Below, one piece after another: positions 1-8,625 of a stretch of 64,000 nucleotides of DNA; position 1 is the stretch's first letter; the number at the start of each line of letters is the position of its first letter. Under the pieces are notes generated by a model. It worked only from the letters and a program-made list of their open reading frames with translations. It was not told the origin of the DNA and did no database searches. The stretch covers positions 192,001-256,000 of the forward strand of contig CAWCBP010000008.1 of NCBI GenBank assembly GCA_963793865.1, given 5' to 3'. Both the position numbers and the translations under genes were made by a program. Source of the stretch: an uncultured delta proteobacterium (GTDB lineage Bacteria > Desulfobacterota > WTBG01).

Positions 1-1
1 C

Positions 2-760
2 ATGCTGCCGGTCAAAGAGAGGTTTGATCTTGCCCCCTCCAGCGTAATCTTAAGCGCGGTTGAGCAGGAGCTTTCCGGCGTGGAAGGGAGGGAGAACCGG
101 CTGCTGCACGCACTGCAGAGGCTCAGGCAGTCCTGCGATTATTGCATCATTGATTGCCCGCCCAGCATCGGCCTGCTCTGCTTTAACGCCCTGCGCGCCT
201 GCGGGGAAGTGATCATCCCCATTGACATGAGCCTTTTTTCGCTCCGGGGGGTTGAGAAACTGCTGGAGATTGTCATTTTGCTCAAGGAAAAGCTCAGCCA
301 CGACATTGTCCCCCGCGCGCTCATCACCATGTTTGATCACCGGACCCGGTACTCCCGTCGCGTGCTGGAAAAAGTCAAGGACCAGTTCGGCAGAGATGTA
401 TTTGAAACCGTCATCCGCTACACCATCCGCCTGAGGGAGACCGTTGACTGCGGGCTGCCCATCAGCGATTACGACAAGCATGCCATAGGCAATAAGGACT
501 ATGATACCCTGGCTGAGGAGCTGATTCGATCCGCGGCGGACGCGAGCCTCGAGGCGCGGCCGGGCGAGATGAATGGCACCCATTCCATATTGCACAAGAC
601 CGGGGCTTACATCGAGTCGGCAGCTGCAGAGGCCGGGCATTCAGAGGGTGACGCTGAAGAGTTTGCCGGTTCAGGCCTGCGCTCCTCGTACTCGGAGATG
701 ATTGAAGTGCTTGCCACCGACCCGCCGCTCAGCGCTCTGGCCGGTGATGACAGCGAATAA
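2..760 (+). CDS. ParA/Soj family ATPase (5' part outside window)
   Basis: DYCIIDCPPSIGLL and LITMFDHRT motifs; Walker A is upstream of the window edge. Confidence 0.85.
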   Translation: MLPVKERFDLAPSSVILSAVEQELSGVEGRENRLLHALQRLRQSCDYCIIDCPPSIGLLCFNALRACGEVIIPIDMSLFSLRGVEKLLEIVILLKEKLSHDIVPRALITMFDHRTRYSRRVLEKVKDQFGRDVFETVIRYTIRLRETVDCGLPISDYDKHAIGNKDYDTLAEELIRSAADASLEARPGEMNGTHSILHKTGAYIESAAAEAGHSEGDAEEFAGSGLRSSYSEMIEVLATDPPLSALAGDDSE

Positions 761-797
761 GCATTAAGCGGCAGTTTGACAGGATCGCAAAGAAGAG

Positions 798-833
798 AGG
801 GGCATTGCCGTGTAACAGACGGGCAGTGCCCCT
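798..833. terminator. Hairpin, probable terminator after the ParA gene
   Basis: AGGGGCATTGCC / GGCAGTGCCCCT inverted repeat. Confidence 0.55.
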
Positions 834-847
834 TATTCATGATCGCC

Positions 848-967
848 CTATTTTTCCTTCGATTCTTTTAAAATGTTATAAATCTCGGTATGCAGGTTTT
901 TAAATTCTTTGTTTTCCTGCACGGCTTCAATCAGGTTGAGCTTGATTTTTGATTCCTTGAGCACCAT
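848..967 (-). CDS. Possible 39-aa K/E-rich small protein
   Basis: Translated by hand: MVLKESKIKLNLIEAVQENKEFKNLHTEIYNILKESKEK; no clear SD. Confidence 0.3.
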   Translation of the reverse strand: MVLKESKIKLNLIEAVQENKEFKNLHTEIYNILKESKEK

Positions 968-1089
968 TCTGTTTTTTTGTTTGTATAAGGGCGCAGATGA
1001 CAAGCGAAGGATTCAGAATGACAAACATGGCGCATTCTTTATTATGACACCGCCTGTTTGCTGCGGACTCTGCACTGACGGCTTTCCCC

Positions 1090-1118
1090 TTGACATTAAT
1101 TTTATTGTCGGCTACTTA
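1090..1118 (+). promoter_or_regulatory. Candidate sigma-70 promoter
   Basis: TTGACA-17 nt-TACTTA. Confidence 0.4.
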
Positions 1119-1400
1119 TTGGCATGAGGAAGCGCCTGCCTGTTTGAAATATGCATTCAAACAGAAACGGCCGCGGGTGCATGGGCCAGGCGGGCAGCAT
1201 CCTTCAAATAAAGCACATCAGAGGATCTGTTCATATGCGGGCTGCCATGATCGGTGTGAGAGGTGCCTTTAAGAGTTGTTTGCAAAAAGGCAGTCATGTA
1301 AGGAAACGGGTTTATTGAAAATCCCCTTTGCGTCAGATTGTGTGCCAAAGGGGTTTTGATTTTTAGACAGTCACCCTAACCACTAACAAGGAGATGTGCT

Positions 1401-3725
1401 ATGAAATTAAGAAACATGTGTCTGGCGGTTTTAATAGCATGCCTTTTTCCTCTTCATGCGGCGGCCCAGCCGACGGCGGTAGAGGACAAGGTGGCGGTGC
1501 TTATCACCGGCTGGTGCATGTCAGCGGGCTACAGCTATGACTACGCCTGGACAACCAGCGATTATCCCCGCATCGGTGACAGGACCGAGTATGAGGGCCA
1601 GCCGTGCAAGATAGGTCACCCGGGAGAGTTTCCGTACCAGTCTCATATCAATATGATTCCCTGGGCAATTACCTATTTGACCGAAGACAACGAGGCCTTT
1701 TTTGATTCGTACGGCATCTACAGCTATAATGAAGCGCTTAACCTGTACGAACACCCCAACCCCGCTGTTGCCGATATCAGCGCGGAGAATATACCCCCCG
1801 GGATACCCATAACACCGCTGGTGGAGTCAACACGAATGAATGAACTTGAGTATCCACCTGACCCGAGAACCGGTGAGGATCTGCTGCCCGGGTGGTATAA
1901 GATCGGCAGTTTTGCCGTTCCGTATCCCAATGGCGTGAGTGATCTGGTGGAATCCGGCATCCCGACGTTTCTCCGCTACTACGGGGTCATGGGTGTGCCC
2001 GAGGAGACAACTGATCCCAATGAGCCGCCTCCTTCACTGCAGGCGCAGGATGCCTATCTTGAGCAGCTGATGACCGGCGCCTTCGGGGATAAAATCGATC
2101 TCCGTCATGGATGCTATACCGCCATACCGGGATATACCAAGCTGCTTGATGATGTGGCGGAGGAGTTTGCCAATGAGGGATACACCAAGCTGCTCGTTGC
2201 CCGGGAGACGACCGATCACAACCGGTACGCCAACGAGTTTTTGTCGGGAAATTATGTCAGGGAACGGTTGTGCGAGATGAATAAGCTGGATAGCATGCAG
2301 ATCTACCAGACCCGCCAGGTTGGAAGGACTCCGGAATTTAATGCCATGAATGTGATGAACCTGAAGTCCTATATCGAGGCCTACCCGGAGGGAAGCACCA
2401 TCGGCATTATTTATGTGACCAGGGGACTCACCTGGTATAAGGACGATACCTCCGGCCCCTTCGGCACTGCCCACCCCTGGGCCAAGGAGGTGTATCATGA
2501 GAATGCCTACCTCAATTATCTCTCGTGGAAGAAGGCCCTGCAGGCTGCCTATGGCGACCGCTACAACCTGGTATTCACCAGGAGCGGGGTGGAAACGGAT
2601 CTGCGGGAGGAGAATTTCTTTTCCTACGGGCTGGCTACCGATATCGACCTCAAGGGATACGGCGGAACAACGGTGTTTTACAGCATCCGGGAGGCTATAA
2701 AACTTGCCGTTGCTGATGGTCTTGAGCAGATCATTGTCGCGCCCTGTCACTGGAACTATGACAGCCTGGATACCATTTTCCGCATGCAGGAGTACAACAA
2801 GCTTCCCATAGCTCCCAAGGCCCAGCTTGAGGCAGGGAACTTTGCCTATACCCATTGCGAGGATGCGGAAGGCAGCGTGGTCGATTGCGCGTCCGCCGAT
2901 TCAGTGGTTACGGTCACCGTGGCGCCTTCGTACAGCAATTTGCCGGAAGAGTTTTCTACGGCCTATTACGTTGTGCTGCGCGGTACGCTGGAGCGCTTCG
3001 GGCTTTTCCCGCAGGGTGAAGAGCCGATAATAGAGGTGTCGCAGCAGGTGACCAAACTTGCGGGCGGCACGGTAGAGGTGACGTCAGCCTCAAGCCCCAT
3101 TCTGGGCGCAAAGATCGAGATACCGGGCGACCCGTATCCCGACCGGCCTGAAAGTTTTACCCCGGAAAGCGCTATTCCCGTCAACGACCCGGCCGATACC
3201 AACGACTGCATGTGGGAGGATACCGAAATTAAAATCGGTTATCGGGAGTCCGCTCCGGACATGAATGACGCCGAGCCTTCGGGGCCTGCCGTTCACGTCG
3301 GTCCGTACCGGACTTTCTTCAACCGGAATGTGAGCATTACCATACCGTATTCCGGAGCCGGCAGCCGGGACTTGATGGTGTACATCTATAATCACGTCCG
3401 GGAAGACTGGGATCCCATCGAACCTGAGAGTGTGGACAGGGCTAAAAAACTGGTGACCTTCAAAACCCAGGTGCTGGGCCTCTTCCAGGCGGGGCGCGCA
3501 GCAGGGGTTTGTCCCGCGGAGCTGATTTATGGAAAGGATTCTAAAGAGGTGCAGCAGCTCAAAACTTTCCGGGACAATATATTAAGCAAGACCGCACAGG
3601 GTCGGGCGATCATCAAGCTGTACTATGACTGGAGCCCGGCGGTGGTTAAAGGGATGAAAGAGGCAGCGGCGCTCAAGGAAGAAGTGAAGAAGACAATGGA
3701 TGGTGCGCTGCTGATGCTAAGGTAG
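1401..3725 (+). CDS. Secreted ferrochelatase-fold-like protein with ZU5-like beta domain and CFI-box-CTERM-like C-terminus
   Basis: AAGGAG SD; signal peptide; segments resembling HemH (LLDDVAEEFANEGYTKLLV, IIYVTRGLTW, GLEQIIVAPCHWNYDSLDT); tail CPAELIYG..LKTFRDNIL..LYYDWSP. Confidence 0.7.
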   Translation: MKLRNMCLAVLIACLFPLHAAAQPTAVEDKVAVLITGWCMSAGYSYDYAWTTSDYPRIGDRTEYEGQPCKIGHPGEFPYQSHINMIPWAITYLTEDNEAFFDSYGIYSYNEALNLYEHPNPAVADISAENIPPGIPITPLVESTRMNELEYPPDPRTGEDLLPGWYKIGSFAVPYPNGVSDLVESGIPTFLRYYGVMGVPEETTDPNEPPPSLQAQDAYLEQLMTGAFGDKIDLRHGCYTAIPGYTKLLDDVAEEFANEGYTKLLVARETTDHNRYANEFLSGNYVRERLCEMNKLDSMQIYQTRQVGRTPEFNAMNVMNLKSYIEAYPEGSTIGIIYVTRGLTWYKDDTSGPFGTAHPWAKEVYHENAYLNYLSWKKALQAAYGDRYNLVFTRSGVETDLREENFFSYGLATDIDLKGYGGTTVFYSIREAIKLAVADGLEQIIVAPCHWNYDSLDTIFRMQEYNKLPIAPKAQLEAGNFAYTHCEDAEGSVVDCASADSVVTVTVAPSYSNLPEEFSTAYYVVLRGTLERFGLFPQGEEPIIEVSQQVTKLAGGTVEVTSASSPILGAKIEIPGDPYPDRPESFTPESAIPVNDPADTNDCMWEDTEIKIGYRESAPDMNDAEPSGPAVHVGPYRTFFNRNVSITIPYSGAGSRDLMVYIYNHVREDWDPIEPESVDRAKKLVTFKTQVLGLFQAGRAAGVCPAELIYGKDSKEVQQLKTFRDNILSKTAQGRAIIKLYYDWSPAVVKGMKEAAALKEEVKKTMDGALLMLR

Positions 3726-3747
3726 TAACAAAATAAAAAAGTAGAAC

Positions 3748-3874
3748 AGGGGCGGCTAAACGCTGGTCCAAGTACTGGAACGGGGTTATTCAGTCCAGGG
3801 CGTCAGGACAAGCCTTTTAAGGCAAACCGATCTAGCGGAGCTGGAGCGCCTACCTCATTGCGAGAGCCGCCCCT
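3748..3874. ncRNA. Candidate structured RNA or element of unknown family
   Basis: Perfect 10-bp terminal stem AGGGGCGGCT/AGCCGCCCCT enclosing several internal hairpins. Confidence 0.35.
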
Positions 3875-3946
3875 TACATTTATGTCAGGAAGTAATTCCA
3901 CTTAGTCAACAACGTCCCCACTGTACGCTTCCAGCGCCTCTCTGAC

Positions 3947-5233
3947 CTAAAACATTTCGCCATCCGTGCCGTGAAAATGGGTAGAGCACAGCCGCGCCAG
4001 ATTGGCCACAGAAGACTGGAGGGCCTTTAATAACTCAACGTAATGCTTTTTTGTGTCGACTAAGGTTCTCTGGGCTTCCAAGACTTCAAGATACTCCAAT
4101 GCGCCACCATGGTAGCTTTCCCTGGTTGCCGCAAAGTAACTCTCCGTCTTCGGCAAAATGCTTTTTTTGAAAATGTCCACTTGCAGCCGGGATGCTTCAA
4201 AAGTTCGGTACACCTCATTCAGCTCATACAGCAGCCGGTTTTTTGCCGCATTTCCGTCCTCTTTCACTTTTTTTTGATTGACCAGCGCTTCCTGAATGCT
4301 TCCCTGGTTTCGGTTAAACAGGGGAAGGGGCACGGCAAGGCTTGCCACCATTGCATAATTGTCGTCTTCCTCAAATCGCCGTACGCCGAAAGCCACGTCC
4401 ACATCGGGAATTCTCTCCGCCTGTGCCGCCTGCAAAAGGAGATCGCCCTTCTCCTCCTGCAGCGCGGTCATTTGAAGCTCAGGATTGTTTTCCAAAAGGT
4501 GCTTTTTTATCTGGTTGTACTCAGGAACCTTGAACTCCCGATCCAGATCGCCTTTGCATTCTCCCAGCAATATCTCAGCGCCTCCCCATAAAACAACAAG
4601 ATTTTTTTTAGCGCTCTCCAGGGCTCGACTGGTGTTCATCACTTCCATGGTGGTTTGCGAAAGCTCTATTTCCGCGCTTAGCATCTGGGGAGTGGATTCT
4701 TTACCTGCCGACTTTTTTGCGTAGAAGTCATAGAGATTTTGGGCAATTGTCTGTGCTTCCATAGCGTAGTCTACATTTTTTCGTGCCAGCAGGATTTCAT
4801 AAAAGGTCTCCTCAACCTTTAATATCAAATCTCTTTTTGCCGCCTCATACTGGAGACGCACGATTTCCTTTTCCTTGGTGGCGATGTTTTTCTGGTGCTT
4901 GATTTTTCCGCCCAGCACAACCGGCTGACTGACTGAAACACGGTTCTCAGCGCGGCTGAACCCCGGGTTGTCGCCGGAGAAGTTCTCTGATTCCATCTCC
5001 AGCGTGGGATTTGCCCACAGTCCCGCCTGCTGTATGTTTGCGTCTGCCGCGTCAAGCTCAAGCGCCATTGCCTTAAGCTCCGGGTTGTTCTTCACCGCGA
5101 TATCAATTGCTTTCTGCAGGTCACACTCAGCTATGTATCCATCTTTTAAAGCATCTTCGCTCCGGGCAGGGAATGAAGATGAAAGCAGGCAGGCGCCTGC
5201 AATGATGATAAAAATAGATGCGTTCGCTCTCAT
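3947..5233 (-). CDS. TolC/CzcC family outer membrane efflux protein
   Basis: Signal peptide, NNPEL repeats, VPLPLFNRNQG, YLEVLEAQR motifs; GGAGG SD. Confidence 0.9.
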   Translation of the reverse strand: MRANASIFIIIAGACLLSSSFPARSEDALKDGYIAECDLQKAIDIAVKNNPELKAMALELDAADANIQQAGLWANPTLEMESENFSGDNPGFSRAENRVSVSQPVVLGGKIKHQKNIATKEKEIVRLQYEAAKRDLILKVEETFYEILLARKNVDYAMEAQTIAQNLYDFYAKKSAGKESTPQMLSAEIELSQTTMEVMNTSRALESAKKNLVVLWGGAEILLGECKGDLDREFKVPEYNQIKKHLLENNPELQMTALQEEKGDLLLQAAQAERIPDVDVAFGVRRFEEDDNYAMVASLAVPLPLFNRNQGSIQEALVNQKKVKEDGNAAKNRLLYELNEVYRTFEASRLQVDIFKKSILPKTESYFAATRESYHGGALEYLEVLEAQRTLVDTKKHYVELLKALQSSVANLARLCSTHFHGTDGEMF

Positions 5234-5416
5234 CGCATACCTCCGTTCTGTTGTATGGTCATTTGATTATCTGCTTTCATAAAGCAAGCACTACCATAAC
5301 AAAACCCATTATTTATTTCCACTATTAAGCTGTTGCTTCTCTATGATGCCTTCCGGTATAATGCAATTCAGTGAATGATGTGCTGCAGTCGTTGATTTGT
5401 ATGGAGGAGCGCGCGG

Positions 5417-6169
5417 GTGAAGATAGATGATTTTATAAATGAAATGAAGGAGAAGACGGCGGGAATGCTGCTTGAGGTTGCAGGAGGGGGGGAGCGCAGC
5501 GAGAAGCGATACAGGTTCAAGGCAGGAACTGCGCACATTATTACGGTTCGGGGCGGGGCGATTGAAAAGGCGGCCATTACCCACCTCGTGCTGGCCGGTG
5601 TAAAGCCTCCCGGCGCTGACAAGGCCTCGGACGGCGTGGTCTACCAGATGGAGGTGTTTCCCGAAAATCCTTATTCCCCCATGGGCCATTTCAATCTCCA
5701 GTGGACGACGGGGGCATCGAATTCCTATTCCATGAACCTGGATCTTTTCCCCGCCGTGACGGTGAAGGAAGACCTCGCTGACATGCGGAGCGTGATGGAT
5801 GGTGTCGCCGATTCCTTTGGAAGAGACCGGGATGAAATGCGCAAGGGACTCGACGAGCATTACAGCCTTCCATACTGGGAATCGCCGCTGGCAGCGCAGG
5901 TGGGATGCAAACTGCTATCGCTGGGTGATGATATGGTTGACCTTGTTACCACTGCCTACCGCACATTTTTTGATGCCTACGCCGGCATTCTTAAGAAGAG
6001 AAAGGATACACCCTTCGGCGATAGCGAGCGGAAGATCAAGCTGGAAAGAAACGGCAGGTGGCTTGAGTATATCGTTTTCAAGGACCGCGCCGTCAAAATG
6101 GCGCTTGCCTTCGGCATGCCGGCAGAGATTTTAACCGGTCTCAGCTTCCCGCCCTCGGCGGCATTTTAA
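5417..6169 (+). CDS. Divergent coproporphyrinogen III oxidase (HemF)-like protein, copy 1
   Basis: VFPENPYSPMGHFN, NLDLFP..EDL, RNGRWLEYIVFKDR, LSFPP resemble HemF motifs; GGAGGA SD before GTG. Confidence 0.7.
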   Translation: MKIDDFINEMKEKTAGMLLEVAGGGERSEKRYRFKAGTAHIITVRGGAIEKAAITHLVLAGVKPPGADKASDGVVYQMEVFPENPYSPMGHFNLQWTTGASNSYSMNLDLFPAVTVKEDLADMRSVMDGVADSFGRDRDEMRKGLDEHYSLPYWESPLAAQVGCKLLSLGDDMVDLVTTAYRTFFDAYAGILKKRKDTPFGDSERKIKLERNGRWLEYIVFKDRAVKMALAFGMPAEILTGLSFPPSAAF

Positions 6170-6203
6170 CAGGCTGGTGAAAAAAAGAATAAAGGAGGAA
6201 GCG

Positions 6204-6959
6204 GTGGCAGACATTGTGTCATTTGTGAAGGAGATGAAAGAAAAGGTTGCCGATGCACTGTGTGCTGTCGGGACTGGTGTGCAACGTATTCAAACGGCCC
6301 ACACCTTCCAGGCAGGACAGGCGACCATCACCACGCTCAGAGGCGGCCCGATTGAAAAGGCCAACATCACCCTGATGAACCTAAAAGGCGTCACCATGCC
6401 GGGAACGGCCGAGAAGGTTGATCCCACGGTCTTCCAGGTGGAGGTGTTTCCCGAAAACCCCTACTGCCCCATGGGCCATTTCAATACGGAGTGGACGAAG
6501 GCCGGGGCGGGTCCCTACTACATGAACCTTGATCTTTTTCCTGCCGTGAGGGTTGAAGAGGACCTGGAGGATATGAGGAAGGCGATGGACGATATCGCTG
6601 ACCGCTTCGGCCGGGACAGGGAAAAGATGCGCGACGGGCTTGATGTCCAGTACAACATGGACCACTGGTCAAATCCCCTCGCGACCAGGGTGGGCTGCAA
6701 GCTTATGAAACTCGACGAGAAGGAACTCGATCTTTTTATCAGTGCCTACACCACTTTTTTTGAAGTCTATCTGAATATCTTGAAGAAAAGGTGTGGCACT
6801 CCATACGGTGAAGAGGAAATGCGGCTCAAGGGGGAGAGAAACGGCAAATGGCTTGAATACATTGCCTTCAAGGACGGCGCGGTCAAAATGGCGCAGGCTT
6901 ACGGGATACCGGCCCAGGTGCTGACCGGCATAACCTTTCCGCCGTCAGTAGTTTTTTAA
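6204..6959 (+). CDS. Divergent HemF-like protein, copy 2 (paralog of preceding gene)
   Basis: VFPENPYCPMGHFN, NLDLFP, RNGKWLEYIAFKDG, ITFPP; AGGAGG SD before GTG at 6204. Confidence 0.7.
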   Translation: MADIVSFVKEMKEKVADALCAVGTGVQRIQTAHTFQAGQATITTLRGGPIEKANITLMNLKGVTMPGTAEKVDPTVFQVEVFPENPYCPMGHFNTEWTKAGAGPYYMNLDLFPAVRVEEDLEDMRKAMDDIADRFGRDREKMRDGLDVQYNMDHWSNPLATRVGCKLMKLDEKELDLFISAYTTFFEVYLNILKKRCGTPYGEEEMRLKGERNGKWLEYIAFKDGAVKMAQAYGIPAQVLTGITFPPSVVF

Positions 6960-6963
6960 GCAC

Positions 6964-7122
6964 CTAGCAGGCTGTTGAAAAACACCCATTTGCTGCGTTA
7001 CGCTCATCCTTCGTCATTGCAGCGTACTCGTAGGTACGCCTCATTCCTCAGGATTTCGCGTGCCTTGCATCTGGATGTTTTTGAACAGCCTGAGGAAAAC
7101 CACTTTTTCAAAAACCTGCTAG
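6964..7122. mobile_element. MITE-like non-autonomous element
   Basis: Imperfect terminal inverted repeats CTAGCAGGCTGTTGAAAAA / TTTTTCAAAAACCTGCTAG, CTAG at both ends, partial second copy at 44502-44555. Confidence 0.7.
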
Positions 7123-7153
7123 TTATACGGTTTCAGGGATGGAGGTGAAGCTT

Positions 7154-7258
7154 ATGGCACGGGTTGATTATAAAGATATGGTCCGCTTTAAGGAGGAGCT
7201 TCTTGAAAGACATAAGCTTCTAGCCGGCCTGGAACTTGAACCGCTCCCCCGATCATGA
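7154..7258 (+). CDS. 34-aa small protein
   Basis: GGAGGTGA SD followed by ATG; MARVDYKDMVRFKEELLERHKLLAGLELEPLPRS. Confidence 0.5.
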   Translation: MARVDYKDMVRFKEELLERHKLLAGLELEPLPRS

Positions 7259-7273
7259 TAAACCTGCGGAAAA

Positions 7274-8077
7274 TTATTCAATCCTGAAAAACACCTTCGC
7301 GTTGAGCCCCATAAGGGCTTTTTTTTCTTCATCGTTTACAAACGGGGTGCTGAGAGCGCTCTGCACGCTTTGCTTTATGGGGGCAAAGGGATAGTCGGAG
7401 CCGAAGAATATGTTGTTCAGATTATGCTTTCTGATGATGGTTTCAGCAAGGAACGCACTGATTCTCCCGTAGGTCATGGAGGTTTCCAGGTAAACATTAT
7501 TCCGTCCGGCCAGCATACGGGCCGTATCGTCCCACATGTTGAGACCGCCCAGATGCGCGCCAATGATGATCAGTTCAGGAAAGTCCTGCGCCACCCGGAG
7601 GACCATTTCCGGGGTCGATCGTGCGTTCGCCGTAACAGCAGGATTACCCCCCACATGAAACATGACCACCATGCCGCATTTTACCAGTTCTTCATAGAGG
7701 GCATAGGCAACGGCAGCATCGTCAACCGTGAAGCCCTGCACCTCCGGCTGCAGCTTTATGCCCCCGATGCCGTTGTCCTTGAGCCTGCGGATTTCTTCCC
7801 GGCAATCCTGCTGAAAGGGGAGCACCGTTCCGAATTTTACAAAGCGCGGTTCCCTGAGATGAATGAGCCAGGTGTTGATATCTTTTACGGATTGGGGGGT
7901 GGTGGCAACCATGTGGATGACTGCGTGTCCCACGCCGCTTTCATCCATCTGGGCCAGCAGGTCTGAAGCTGTCCCCTTGCCATACACCTTTACCTTGAAC
8001 TGCTGCGAGGTGAATTGCAGGATCCGTTCGGCGGCGGCGTCGGGGAAAATGTGGGTGTGGGTGTCTACAATAAACAT
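7274..8077 (-). CDS. Amidohydrolase family 2 metal-dependent hydrolase
   Basis: IVDTHTHIF, MFHVG, AHLGG, FFGSDYPF motifs. Confidence 0.85.
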   Translation of the reverse strand: MFIVDTHTHIFPDAAAERILQFTSQQFKVKVYGKGTASDLLAQMDESGVGHAVIHMVATTPQSVKDINTWLIHLREPRFVKFGTVLPFQQDCREEIRRLKDNGIGGIKLQPEVQGFTVDDAAVAYALYEELVKCGMVVMFHVGGNPAVTANARSTPEMVLRVAQDFPELIIIGAHLGGLNMWDDTARMLAGRNNVYLETSMTYGRISAFLAETIIRKHNLNNIFFGSDYPFAPIKQSVQSALSTPFVNDEEKKALMGLNAKVFFRIE

Positions 8078-8103
8078 GGAAGATGACCATCACATGTGTG
8101 ATT

Positions 8104-8601
8104 CTATCCCCGGTAGAATACCACGTCTTTAATGCCTTTGCGGCTTCCCCTTCCTCCCTTCTCCGCGGGGTGTCCCAGGGCGATGACAGCCATCAGCTCA
8201 AAGGTGTCCGGGGCCTTAATAATCTGTGCGACCTTCTCCTTGTTCTTAAGGATTTCTCCCAGCCAGACACCGCCCAGGCCGAGAGCGTGAACCGCAAGCA
8301 GCAGGTTCTGGATAAAAGCACCCATTGCCTGAATGTCCTTGGTGCGGTCGTAGCCGGCAGCGGTGTCCAGGAACAACGCCAGCAGCACCGGCGCACCATC
8401 GATGATGCTTGAGTAGCGCGTCAGGGGTGCGATGGCCTTCCTGGTAGCGGCGTCCCTGACAATGGCAACTTTCCAGGGCTGGTTATTGAGCCCTGAGGGT
8501 GCCCAGGTGCCGGCCTCGATGATCTGCTCGAGCATCTCATCTTCAACCGGCTGGCCGGTGAATTTCCTGATGCTTCTTCTGCTTTTGATCAGCTGCAGCA
8601 T
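8104..8601 (-). CDS. Nitroreductase family protein
   Basis: IKSRRSIRKF, WAPSGLNNQPW, LAVHALGLGGVWLG; AAGGAG SD before ATG at 8601. Confidence 0.9.
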   Translation of the reverse strand: MLQLIKSRRSIRKFTGQPVEDEMLEQIIEAGTWAPSGLNNQPWKVAIVRDAATRKAIAPLTRYSSIIDGAPVLLALFLDTAAGYDRTKDIQAMGAFIQNLLLAVHALGLGGVWLGEILKNKEKVAQIIKAPDTFELMAVIALGHPAEKGGRGSRKGIKDVVFYRG

Positions 8602-8625
8602 GGTGCGAACTCCTTGTGGAGAGAC

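Noticed and set aside
3820..3850. GGCAAACC as a c-di-GMP-I riboswitch
   Set aside because: The GAAA tetraloop and GACGCAAAG elements are missing, and no gene start lies downstream on that strand
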